A DNA stretch of 39,642 nucleotides. It comes from an uncultured Acidimicrobiaceae bacterium. GTDB lineage: Bacteria > Actinomycetota > Acidimicrobiia > Spongiisociales > ZC4RG35. Both the position numbers and the translations under genes were made by a program. Numbering within the stretch: the first letter of the stretch is position 1; each line of letters opens with the position of its first letter. The DNA lies in assembly GCA_964600055.1 (NCBI GenBank), contig CAZRID010000001.1, forward strand, positions 1 through 39,642, in the 5' to 3' direction. This document shows, piece by piece, positions 16,398 through 24,739 of the stretch. The notes under the pieces are model-generated. The model was not told the origin of the DNA. It did not search any database and saw only the letters and a list, made by a program, of their open reading frames with translations.

Positions 16398-17852
16398 TCA
16401 CGAGTAGCCCCGGGCGGCCCACTGCGCCGGGGTGGCATCGTTGTTCAACCAATGGTTCACCGACCCGACCTCGGTGTTGTGAAACCAAATCACCTGGTTA
16501 GGCGTCGAGTTCGGGTTGCAACCTTCATAGGTGACAGCGATGTGCTGCCCGGTCCAAGCGTTCCCGATGGCACCTTGGATCGTGTTGTCACGGACCACCG
16601 TCCCACAAACCGAGTTGGCGTGGTCGGCGGGGAAAGAGCGGTTCGGCTGGTAGAGGATGATCCCGTTGCGGGCCCCGTCGATCGTGTTCCCCGAAATGAG
16701 GATCGCCCCGCCGTAGTTGTTGAAAATGGCGGCGTCCCGATACTCCTGCGGCTGCGACCCGTAAGCCGTGTTGACCAGGGTGTTGTCGCGGATCGTCCCA
16801 CCCTCACCCAATTCGACGATGATGCCGTGGCGTTGAATGTCGTGGACGTAGTTGCCTTCGATGAGGAACCCGCCGTTGTTCCCATCCAGCCACAAGCCGT
16901 TGCCGCCGCTGTCGATGTTTCTGATCTCAGAGTTGCGGACCGTGAAGCCGGACGAGTGGTTGATCTTGGAAATACCCCGGTCGGAAGCGACGAACCGAGG
17001 AGCGAAGGGAAGCCCATCGACCCCGCATTGGGAGAGGAGCGAGTGGTCGACCGTGTGATTGCTGCCGGACCCGCCGATGCAATACTGGCCGTTCTGTTGC
17101 GAGGTGATGTAGGAGGCGAGCCAGCCGGAACCGCCGAAGCGCAACCCTGAAAGTCGGTTGTCCTTAAACTCGACGTTCCGGATGACGACGTTGTTGGCCC
17201 CGTTAGCCAGAAACGGGCTGTTGCCCGGAGCGTCGTCCAGTCCCCGGTACCGGCGGATGGTCATGTTGGCAAAGAGGTTGTTCGTCTGGAGCCGCCAGGC
17301 AACCTCGATGGTGGCCTGGCCATCAAAGATGACCGCGCCATGATTGTTGGCAGGGCCGTAGTAGCGGTTGCCCGCCTTGTTCGGAAGGTCACCCAGGAGG
17401 TAGGTACCGGGCTCTAAAGCGAAGGCGGTACCGGCCGGTCGGCTGTTGATCTGGCTGACAATGTTGGCTGGGGTGACCGCAACCGCACCGGAGGGGACCG
17501 CCAGCGACGCACCCGCAACCCCGGCGCCGTAGAGACCCGAAGGTGCTGTGGTAGTCGTTGTGGGCGGCGCCACTGTCGTCGTCGTAGTGGGCGCCACCGT
17601 GGTTGTAGTGGTCGGAGCCGCCGCCGTTGTGGTCGTCGTTGGTACTGCCGTCGTCGAAGTGCTCGAGGTCGTCGTGGAGGGCGGAGCGGTCGTTGTGGGT
17701 AGGGCGTAGCCCTGCTCGATGACGATGTCCGCTATGTCCCGCCACGCCTGCTCGGGAGTGCGCGCGGTCTGACCGCCGACCGAAAGGGCGGCAGCCAGAA
17801 CCGCGAGCATCAGGCCCGCCGTCAGGCCCGCCGTCAGACGACGCCTCGTCAT
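16398..17852 (-). CDS. Secreted right-handed parallel beta-helix protein with a Thr/Pro-rich linker, 484 aa
   Basis: Signal peptide MTRRRLTAGLTAGLMLAVLAAALSVGG, then about 55 aa of T/P/S/A-rich linker, then PbH1-like repeats (NNVVIRNVEF, FTVRNSEIRN, GFLIEGNYVHD, GTIRDNTL, ILISGNTI, VVRDNTI). Confidence 0.7.
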   Translation of the reverse strand: MTRRRLTAGLTAGLMLAVLAAALSVGGQTARTPEQAWRDIADIVIEQGYALPTTTAPPSTTTSSTSTTAVPTTTTTAAAPTTTTTVAPTTTTTVAPPTTTTTAPSGLYGAGVAGASLAVPSGAVAVTPANIVSQINSRPAGTAFALEPGTYLLGDLPNKAGNRYYGPANNHGAVIFDGQATIEVAWRLQTNNLFANMTIRRYRGLDDAPGNSPFLANGANNVVIRNVEFKDNRLSGLRFGGSGWLASYITSQQNGQYCIGGSGSNHTVDHSLLSQCGVDGLPFAPRFVASDRGISKINHSSGFTVRNSEIRNIDSGGNGLWLDGNNGGFLIEGNYVHDIQRHGIIVELGEGGTIRDNTLVNTAYGSQPQEYRDAAIFNNYGGAILISGNTIDGARNGIILYQPNRSFPADHANSVCGTVVRDNTIQGAIGNAWTGQHIAVTYEGCNPNSTPNQVIWFHNTEVGSVNHWLNNDATPAQWAARGYS

Positions 17853-18424
17853 GCGAGCTTGACCCCGATGGTGACGTCGAGGGTGTCGGCGATGACCAGG
17901 GTTCGAGTCGCAGATAGGGCTACCCAGGCCAGATGGAGCCCGGCGGTTCCGTTCTGGGCGGTGCCCAAGATCAGCTGGGTCGCTGCTGACCAGGTGCCGC
18001 CGGCGGTGAAGGTCTTGGTCCCTGTCACCGTCCGCATGTCCCCGGAGTCGAGCGCCGGATCCGACCAGTCGGTACCGCGGGCTACTTGGATCCCGTCGTA
18101 GCTGGTGCCGGTGACCTCTCCGGTGAGTGTGGCCAGGGTGTCAGTTTCGATCGGGGTGTCGTTGTAGAGCCGCAGATATGTGTTGGTCCGGACGGCGACG
18201 TCGTCGAAGTAGACATCGAGGATGTCCTTTTCGCCTTCGTCGGCCAGGGCGTTGGGGGTCCACAGCTGGGAGCGGCGCACCTCGCGGTCGGCCCGTGATC
18301 CTTTGAGGATCGCGCCGATGGCGAAGTCCTCCGATCGGTGGCCACCATCGGACGCCCACAACAGATATTGGCGGCCGTCATCGGCAATCCGATACTGCGC
18401 GAACTTGTACTTGGTGCCGATCAT
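17849..18424 (-). CDS. Hypothetical late protein (191 aa)
   Basis: Trimmed to the ATG at 18424 (ATGA overlap). It is coupled by ATGA to the secreted beta-helix gene downstream. Confidence 0.6.
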   Translation of the reverse strand: MIGTKYKFAQYRIADDGRQYLLWASDGGHRSEDFAIGAILKGSRADREVRRSQLWTPNALADEGEKDILDVYFDDVAVRTNTYLRLYNDTPIETDTLATLTGEVTGTSYDGIQVARGTDWSDPALDSGDMRTVTGTKTFTAGGTWSAATQLILGTAQNGTAGLHLAWVALSATRTLVIADTLDVTIGVKLA

Positions 18425-18693
18425 GACCCACCTCCTTCGGCCTTTGCCGCGGCCATCTCTGCCCAGATCGCGCGGTGTTCGTCGACCTGATCGACGTAAA
18501 GCCGGACCGGCCCGTTGGGGCCTTCCACGGTGACCACCTCGACCTGGTCGAACTCGGGCTCGGTCGCCTCGAGTCCGAGCGTCGCCCGGGCTTTGGCCTC
18601 GATCCGCTGATCCGAGTACCGCTTCGGATCGCGGTATCGCTTCCGGAGCTCGGGGCCGGCGGCCGGCCTCTTCGGTCTCTTGCGAGTGGCCAT
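18421..18693 (-). CDS. Hypothetical head-module protein (90 aa)
   Basis: Basic N-terminus. Coupled to its neighbours. Confidence 0.5.
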   Translation of the reverse strand: MATRKRPKRPAAGPELRKRYRDPKRYSDQRIEAKARATLGLEATEPEFDQVEVVTVEGPNGPVRLYVDQVDEHRAIWAEMAAAKAEGGGS

Positions 18694-18696
18694 GGC

Positions 18697-18993
18697 TCAG
18701 GCCTTCTTCTTGGCGGCAGTCGCCCTCTTGGCTCTCGCCTTGGCAGCGTTCGCTGCCTTGGATGCTGCCTTCTGAGCTGCGGCAGCCTTCTTGGCGGCCT
18801 GATCGGCGTCGGCCTTGACGGCCGCTGCTGCCGCGGCTTCTTTGGCGGCGAGCTCGTCCGGGGACTCGAACGTCTTGAAGCCGGAGACCGTCTTCAGCTG
18901 ATCGCCGATCCGCTCGGATACTTCGAACTCGTCGCCCTGCTGGATCACCAGCTCGGCACGGCGCGGTTTGACAGAGTCGTAGATGAGACGCAT
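18697..18993 (-). CDS. Small protein with a long Ala/Lys-rich basic tail (98 aa)
   Basis: Trimmed to the ATG at 18993, with an AGGAGG 7 nt upstream. The tail reads AAKKAAAAQKAASKAANAAKARAKRATAAKKKA. Confidence 0.65.
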   Translation of the reverse strand: MRLIYDSVKPRRAELVIQQGDEFEVSERIGDQLKTVSGFKTFESPDELAAKEAAAAAAVKADADQAAKKAAAAQKAASKAANAAKARAKRATAAKKKA

Positions 18994-19036
18994 GAACCAA
19001 CCTCCTGAGGTGGGTAGAGCGACAGATCCCGGGATC

Positions 19037-19071
19037 AGAGAGGGAGCGGGTTTGAGGCCCACTCCCTCTCT
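19037..19071 (-). terminator. Stem-loop immediately downstream of the major capsid gene
   Basis: agagagggagcggg / cccactccctctct pairs at 13 of 14 positions with a 7-nt loop. There is no clear U-tract. Confidence 0.45.
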
Positions 19072-19086
19072 TGTGTTCCCCGGTGA

Positions 19087-20814
19087 TCAGTCGAGGTTGT
19101 AGAGGTAAGCGGTGTCGTCGTCGGTCGACTCACCGAGGTTCTGGAAGTCCTCACGCATGAAGCCGACCACGACCCTCTGGTAGCTCTCCCGATAGATCGA
19201 GTCGTCGACCTCGACGTCGAGGCCCATCCGCTGACCCATCACCCAGGCGCCACGGTTGACGACCACCAACCCGGTCTGGGTGGTGGTGACGCCGTCGTTG
19301 ACGCCGGTGGCGTTCATGTCCTCGCGGAAGTGCTCGGAGACGATGATCGGCGTTCCGTCGATCGATCCGAGCTGACCGTTGAGGATCGTTGCGGCCGCGC
19401 CCATCTTGTCGACCGTGGTCACGTCGGACGTGGCCAGGAGGTCGTAGTAGGCGGCGATCGAGGTGATGATGGCGATGTCGGCGGGGTTGAGGCCCCACTT
19501 GCCCATCGCCGCCCGGGCACCGCGGAGCAACGCCAGGGTCACGATGGCACTGCCACCGTTGACGAAGGTGTTGGCGATCCCTCGCTTGCGGAGCCCGTCC
19601 CAGGCGGTGGCAGCGTCGGTGGCACCGACTGCTTGCGTATCCGTATCCTGGTGGGTGCCGTCGGTGTCACCGTTGATGATGGCCCGCTCTTCGGCATCGA
19701 CGAAGGCCCTGGCCAGCTTGAACTTGACGAAGGGCAGCACCGCGATGGCCGAGTCTGCCTCCATCGACCTCGAGAACAGGATCCTCCCACCGAAGATCTC
19801 GGCGTCGAAGGTTGCCGCTCCGGTGCCGGGCGTGCTCGCCGTCACCTTGGTGGCCGTGTCCGAGGTCGGCTCGGGGACCCGGTAGGCGACAGCGTCGGCG
19901 CCTTCCAGCGGCCACTTCCACGGGTTGGTCGGCATATCGACCCGCGGAAACAACGGAGCCACCCGGCCGGCCGCTCGGACCTTCTCGTGAAGGTCGGCGC
20001 CGATCCCGGTCGGAACCCAGTTTCCACCCTCGGCGGCAGTGTCGACGTCGAGAGCGCGGAGGGAATGCTCGAAGCGTTCCTTCATCCGCTTGTCGGCCCT
20101 GGCCGAAGCGAAAGCGTCACGGCTCGACTTCGCCGAACGGTCGACCATGAACCCGAAGAGGATCATGTCGGCCACAGTCCGCTGGAAATGGCGGATGGTC
20201 GCCTGGTGCTCGGCTCGGAAGTCGCCGATGCGGGGAGCGAGGGCGATGTCCTCGTTCTGGTTGCGGACGTAGACCTGCTCGACGGCGTTGCGGGCCCCGA
20301 ACTGGTTGGGGAGGAAATGGCCGTTCTGGCTGATCGAACCTGCGGGGACTTCCTCGAGCGTCGCCCAGAGGAGCTCGTCGAGGCTGCGGTTGGCCGAAGC
20401 CGGCGGATCCGAGATCAGGTTGATCTTGGGGACGGCCCGTTCCTTGATCTTGTCGTAGTCCGCCGATCTCGTTGCAGATGCCGACTTCTCAGCCAGTTCG
20501 TCGAGCAGCGTTTCTGCCGCGTCGAACTCGACCTTGGCTTCGTCGTATCGCTTCTTCTCGTCCTCGGTGAGGACCCGCTCTTCGGCTTTGGCGGTTCGGA
20601 AGATCTCGCCCATCGATTCGTGGGCCTTGCGCCGCTTCTCTTTGGCGGCGTCGAGCTCCTGGTTGATGGTTTCGATCTCGAGGTAGCCCATGTCCGAGGC
20701 GAAGCCGCGGAGGGCCATTTGGAACCGTTGGCCGATTCCGAGCCCGGGCTTGAACAATGTGACCATCAGGGCGATGTACGCCAAGAAGGCCAGAAGGGTG
20801 ATGAATGTCTTCAC
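19087..20814 (-). CDS. Major capsid protein, HK97 fold, with an N-terminal delta/scaffold-like coiled coil
   Basis: Position after the protease. Has a coiled-coil N-terminal region and a typical HK97-like body. The GTG start at 20814 is preceded by TAAGGAGAAACG. Confidence 0.85.
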   Translation of the reverse strand: MKTFITLLAFLAYIALMVTLFKPGLGIGQRFQMALRGFASDMGYLEIETINQELDAAKEKRRKAHESMGEIFRTAKAEERVLTEDEKKRYDEAKVEFDAAETLLDELAEKSASATRSADYDKIKERAVPKINLISDPPASANRSLDELLWATLEEVPAGSISQNGHFLPNQFGARNAVEQVYVRNQNEDIALAPRIGDFRAEHQATIRHFQRTVADMILFGFMVDRSAKSSRDAFASARADKRMKERFEHSLRALDVDTAAEGGNWVPTGIGADLHEKVRAAGRVAPLFPRVDMPTNPWKWPLEGADAVAYRVPEPTSDTATKVTASTPGTGAATFDAEIFGGRILFSRSMEADSAIAVLPFVKFKLARAFVDAEERAIINGDTDGTHQDTDTQAVGATDAATAWDGLRKRGIANTFVNGGSAIVTLALLRGARAAMGKWGLNPADIAIITSIAAYYDLLATSDVTTVDKMGAAATILNGQLGSIDGTPIIVSEHFREDMNATGVNDGVTTTQTGLVVVNRGAWVMGQRMGLDVEVDDSIYRESYQRVVVGFMREDFQNLGESTDDDTAYLYNLD

Positions 20815-20823
20815 CGTTTCTCC

Positions 20824-21579
20824 TTACTTGAGGAGGAGCTGGTGCTCGCGCTCCAGCTGCTCCAGTTCCAGTAGTGCCAGTTGGGTCAGGTCCGGCCCGG
20901 GCGCGGGTGGTGTCTGTTCCCTGGAAGGGTCCGACCCGTCACCGGGTGGTGCCATTCCGATTTCCTTCCACAGCTCGGAGAGCTGTTGGGGGGAAAGTTT
21001 TCTGAGGTGGTCGGCCATGTTGCGGACGCCTTGGACTTCGGCGGCGGCGTTGGCCGGGAAGATGCAGGGCCCGTACTCGCGGAGGCGGACCTCGAGACGA
21101 TGAATCTTGGGAAGGTCGCCAGATTCCTTGGCCGGATCGATCCGCTTCGATTGGATCGGGTAGAACGCGAAGCTGTACGAGTCGATGGTGGGAGGGTCGG
21201 CCGCGATCTGGGCGAAGACTTCCTCGCCGAGCTCGGACCCGTTGAACCTGGTCGAGGTCCACAGACCTTTGCCGTCTTCTTTGACCTCGAGCGGGGCGCC
21301 GATCGGGAGGGAGTGCCGATCGGAGGGCCAGCCGTGGATGTCACAGCCATGGTTGAAGAGGCACTTGAGCTTGCGGAACCCTTTGGCGTTGTGCTCGCGG
21401 AGGGTCTTGACGAAGGCGCCCTTCTTGAAGCTCTCCATGTAGTGGCCGTCCTGCCAGTCGTAACATTCGTACTCGACGTCGAAGACCGAGGCGTAGGCGT
21501 CGACGAGGCGGTTGCCCTGCCCGTCGGTGCGGACCTGGAGGTCGATCAGTTCGAAGGCGCGGTTGAACTCAGTCTCCAC
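20824..21579 (-). CDS. Prohead protease (HK97/S78 family)
   Basis: The motifs LFNHG...PIG and DSYSFAF, and its position between portal and capsid. Confidence 0.85.
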   Translation of the reverse strand: METEFNRAFELIDLQVRTDGQGNRLVDAYASVFDVEYECYDWQDGHYMESFKKGAFVKTLREHNAKGFRKLKCLFNHGCDIHGWPSDRHSLPIGAPLEVKEDGKGLWTSTRFNGSELGEEVFAQIAADPPTIDSYSFAFYPIQSKRIDPAKESGDLPKIHRLEVRLREYGPCIFPANAAAEVQGVRNMADHLRKLSPQQLSELWKEIGMAPPGDGSDPSREQTPPAPGPDLTQLALLELEQLEREHQLLLK

Positions 21580-21600
21580 AGGGATTACCTCCGGGGGGTT

Positions 21601-22875
21601 TCAGGGCTGGGGGGTTACGGTGATCTTGCCGGCGGCCAGGAGCACCGCTCCGGAGTCGGGATCGACCACGTTCATGTTGGCGGGCCGGTAGGCCACGTTC
21701 ATCCCCTCGCGGGGTGGGTAGTTCTCCCGCCGGCGGGGCTCGTCGAGGGTGAGCCATCCGTCCTGGACGCCCTGGTGGTAAGCCTCGTAGCGGGTCTTGA
21801 TGTCGCCGCGGAGGAGGCCTTCGAGGTTGAACTCGCCGAAGGTGTTGGGGGTGACCAGGTCGCTGGCGGGATGGTTGATCCAAGCTTCGAGACGGAGACA
21901 CCACGGCCGGATCGAGTCGGTGACCGATTCGATCGACTGATGTTCGATGTTGTTGTTGGTCGACCTGGTCAGCTCGTAGAGCTTGTGCGGTGGGATCCGG
22001 AGGATCCGGGCCACCTCGGTGACCCCGAACTGGCGGGACTCGAGAAGCTGGGCATCGTCCGCCTTGAGGTCGATCGTGTTGTACGTAGCGCCGGCGGAGA
22101 GGACCGGGGTGAGATTGGCCTTCTTGAGTCCCTTGTGGAACTCGCTCATCTCCTCCTGGAGCCTCTTACGTTTGGCTGCGTCGTCGCCGGTGCCGGTGCC
22201 GCCTTTGATCGGGGCGGTCAGTTGGATGTAGTCGCGGAGGTGAGTGCCGTTGGCGAAGAAGGTGGCGGCCAGCTCGTCGGCAGCGGCGACGGTGCCGAGA
22301 CTGAGACGGTGAGCCTGAATCGGGCTGATCGGGTTGATCCCGTCGAGGCACAAGAACGGAACCCAGAAGACGTCGTGGTCGGTGTAGGTCTTCCAGTTTC
22401 CGTCAGAAACTTTGACCTCGTATACGCGGAGGCCGGTCTTCTCATCGGACTTCGGTTTGACCCGATCGGGGTGGAGGAACCGCATCCCGATCACCTGGCC
22501 GAAGGTGTCTCGCAATTTGAAGCCGGCGCAATAGCCGCGGTTGAGGAGGGAGAGCATCCACGACTCGAACAGGCTTTGCCGGATCCATCCCTCGTCGGGC
22601 TGTTCGAGCCAGACCGGACCGGCGCTGAAGGTTCGTTCGTTCTGAGTGAGCCGGCGGAAACTATCGAAGGGGAGGAAGGCGACGGTCTCGGAGAGGTAGC
22701 GGATCCCGGAGTACCAGGCGGTAATGCCAAGGGCGCGGCGGTCGCTCATAGCCACCCCGGCCGCGGTCGGCCCGTAGCCGGCGTTGCTGGCCAGCAACGC
22801 CCCGAAGTCCTCTAGGGAGAGCGGGTCGAACCTTTTCTTGGTGCGGGCGGCGGCGATACGACCGAAGGCGCTCAT
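21601..22875 (-). CDS. Portal protein (HK97 family)
   Basis: 424 aa, downstream of the terminase. General portal-like sequence character. Confidence 0.85.
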   Translation of the reverse strand: MSAFGRIAAARTKKRFDPLSLEDFGALLASNAGYGPTAAGVAMSDRRALGITAWYSGIRYLSETVAFLPFDSFRRLTQNERTFSAGPVWLEQPDEGWIRQSLFESWMLSLLNRGYCAGFKLRDTFGQVIGMRFLHPDRVKPKSDEKTGLRVYEVKVSDGNWKTYTDHDVFWVPFLCLDGINPISPIQAHRLSLGTVAAADELAATFFANGTHLRDYIQLTAPIKGGTGTGDDAAKRKRLQEEMSEFHKGLKKANLTPVLSAGATYNTIDLKADDAQLLESRQFGVTEVARILRIPPHKLYELTRSTNNNIEHQSIESVTDSIRPWCLRLEAWINHPASDLVTPNTFGEFNLEGLLRGDIKTRYEAYHQGVQDGWLTLDEPRRRENYPPREGMNVAYRPANMNVVDPDSGAVLLAAGKITVTPQP

Positions 22876-23051
22876 TCGGACTCATCCGATTCAGATTCGA
22901 GCTCGGGGCTCTGACCAACGGCCCAGCCGCGGAGCTCGGCTATCGCCAGGATCAAACCACCGGCGACGACGAGAGCCCAGCCGGGGCCGGCCACCAGGTA
23001 GATCCCGGCGGCGATCATGGCCACACCGAGCGCTTCGAGGGCATCGGTCAT
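22872..23051 (-). CDS. Unlisted 59-aa membrane protein between TerL and portal
   Basis: My translation is MTDALEALGVAMIAAGIYLVAGPGWALVVAGGLILAIAELRGWAVGQSPELESESDESE. ATGA overlaps occur at both ends. It falls below the size cutoff of the ORF track. Confidence 0.6.
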   Translation of the reverse strand: MTDALEALGVAMIAAGIYLVAGPGWALVVAGGLILAIAELRGWAVGQSPELESESDESE

Positions 23052-24739
23052 TCGTCTCCTCCCACGACGAAGGCGAAGGCCTCGTCTTCCTCGTCTTGCT
23101 CGCGGAAGGCGGCGGCGATGGCCATGACCAGGGCCACGACCCCGTCGATCTTCCCTGATGATTTCTTGCGGCTCGGCTTTTTCTTGCCGTCGGCGTCGAC
23201 CTCGGCGATCGTGTTGTCGATCATCCAGCGGAGGACCGGGTTGCCGCCATGGTGGAGTCGGGCCGAGGTGGCCAGGGCGATGAGCCGGTCGGTGGGATCG
23301 CCCAGCTCGTTGACGGTCTGACGAATGTCGTAAACCTCGAGGCCGGCTTCGTCGAGGAGCACACCCAGCTGCTTCGATTGGAAGGGGTCCTTGCCCACCT
23401 CGACTACGTCGAAGGTGCGGCGGAGGGTGTCGATCTCGGTCTCTATGAAGCGGTCATCGATGATCTCGCCGGGGGTGGCGATCACATGCTTCGAGTTGAC
23501 CCAGCCCCGCATCGCCTCTTTGAAATGTTTGGCCCATCCGTCGTAACCGTCTGAGAGGTTGGCCTCCGGGATCCAGAACCGGGCGACCACGTCGAGACAT
23601 GCCTTGGGCTCTTCACCCTTCTTGGGCTTGCGACAGTTCTTGCATTTGCCGGCCTCGTTCTTGAAGACCAGGAGAAGCGCGGCGAGGTCGGTGGTGGAGG
23701 CGTTGTCGAGGCCACCCCAGGCTTGACGCCCGCGGAGTTTCTTCTCGTCGATGATGCCGGCGGACTTGTCCCACACCATCAGGTCGAGGAGCTTGTTGGC
23801 GGCGCCGGCGGAAGGAGGGAGCCACATGCCGAGGTTGAGACGTTTGAAGCTGATCAGCTCGGCCGGGCTCTGCTCGAGCTTCGGCATCCGGGCCCGGAAG
23901 TCCTCGATCGCGAGGATGGCGTCGCCGGCTTTGACCTCCGCCCGTGTACCCAAAGCAGGGTTGGCTTGCCGCCACACCTTCTCCGATTTCCAGTCGGCGT
24001 CGGGCGGGTTGAAGTAGAGCGCCGGGTAGTAGGTCGGATCTTCGATGACGCCGGCCGCGACCTGGACCGCGTAGTCGTGCTCCTGTTTGGCGAGGAGCAC
24101 CGGGTCGTCGATGCCGGCGGTGGTGATCCCGATCAGTATCGGCTCTTGGCGGGCGATGCCCGATTTCTGCATCAGGTCCCACAGGTCGCGAGATCTCGCC
24201 CGGTGCGGCTCGTCGAACACCACCCTCGAAGCGTTGATGCCGTCCTGGACTCCGACGTCGGCCGAGATCACCCGGTAGACCGACTCGGTCTTGGGGACGT
24301 AGATGACGCCGTGGTGGGCGATCCTCGATCGGAAGACCTTGGCCCGCCGGCTGAGCAGCGGCGATGCTTCGACCATGTCGGCGGCGACGTTGAAGACGAT
24401 GGCGGCCTGGCCCTTCGAGTTGGCCACCGAGAAGACCTCGGCGCCGTTCTCGCCATCGGCGAAGAGTCCCTGAAGGGCGAGTCCGGAACCGATCGGGGAC
24501 TTGCCTTGCTTGGCGCCCATCTCCCACCAGACGGTGCGGACTACACGGAGGCCGTCCTCGTTGCGGATCCGTCCGAGGATCTGGGAGACGTGGAGACGCT
24601 GCCACGGCAACAGACGGAAGGGCTTTCCGGCCAGGTGACCCTTTACGTGGACGAGGACCTGGTCGAAGAATCTGCAGGCGTCGCCGGCGGTGGGCTGATC
24701 GAAGTACCAGTTAGTCGAGGAGGTCTGCGCCGGGCTCAT
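23048..24739 (-). CDS. terL: Terminase large subunit
   Basis: 563 aa with Terminase_1-like character (ATPase N-terminal half, nuclease C-terminal half). Follows TerS. Confidence 0.9.
   Translation of the reverse strand: MSPAQTSSTNWYFDQPTAGDACRFFDQVLVHVKGHLAGKPFRLLPWQRLHVSQILGRIRNEDGLRVVRTVWWEMGAKQGKSPIGSGLALQGLFADGENGAEVFSVANSKGQAAIVFNVAADMVEASPLLSRRAKVFRSRIAHHGVIYVPKTESVYRVISADVGVQDGINASRVVFDEPHRARSRDLWDLMQKSGIARQEPILIGITTAGIDDPVLLAKQEHDYAVQVAAGVIEDPTYYPALYFNPPDADWKSEKVWRQANPALGTRAEVKAGDAILAIEDFRARMPKLEQSPAELISFKRLNLGMWLPPSAGAANKLLDLMVWDKSAGIIDEKKLRGRQAWGGLDNASTTDLAALLLVFKNEAGKCKNCRKPKKGEEPKACLDVVARFWIPEANLSDGYDGWAKHFKEAMRGWVNSKHVIATPGEIIDDRFIETEIDTLRRTFDVVEVGKDPFQSKQLGVLLDEAGLEVYDIRQTVNELGDPTDRLIALATSARLHHGGNPVLRWMIDNTIAEVDADGKKKPSRKKSSGKIDGVVALVMAIAAAFREQDEEDEAFAFVVGGDE

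Noticed and set aside
17560-17720. Apparent DNA tandem repeats (ggtggt/cgtcgt-rich)
   Set aside because: They are explained by the Thr/Pro-rich linker (TTTTTVAPTTTTTVAPPTTTTT) of the secreted beta-helix protein. They are not an independent repeat element, although linker length may vary.
22396-22410. GTTTCCGTCAGAAAC counted as a sixth full parS-like site
   Set aside because: The arms match but the centre differs at two positions, and the site lies inside the portal CDS. I mention it as degenerate and do not count it among the exact copies.
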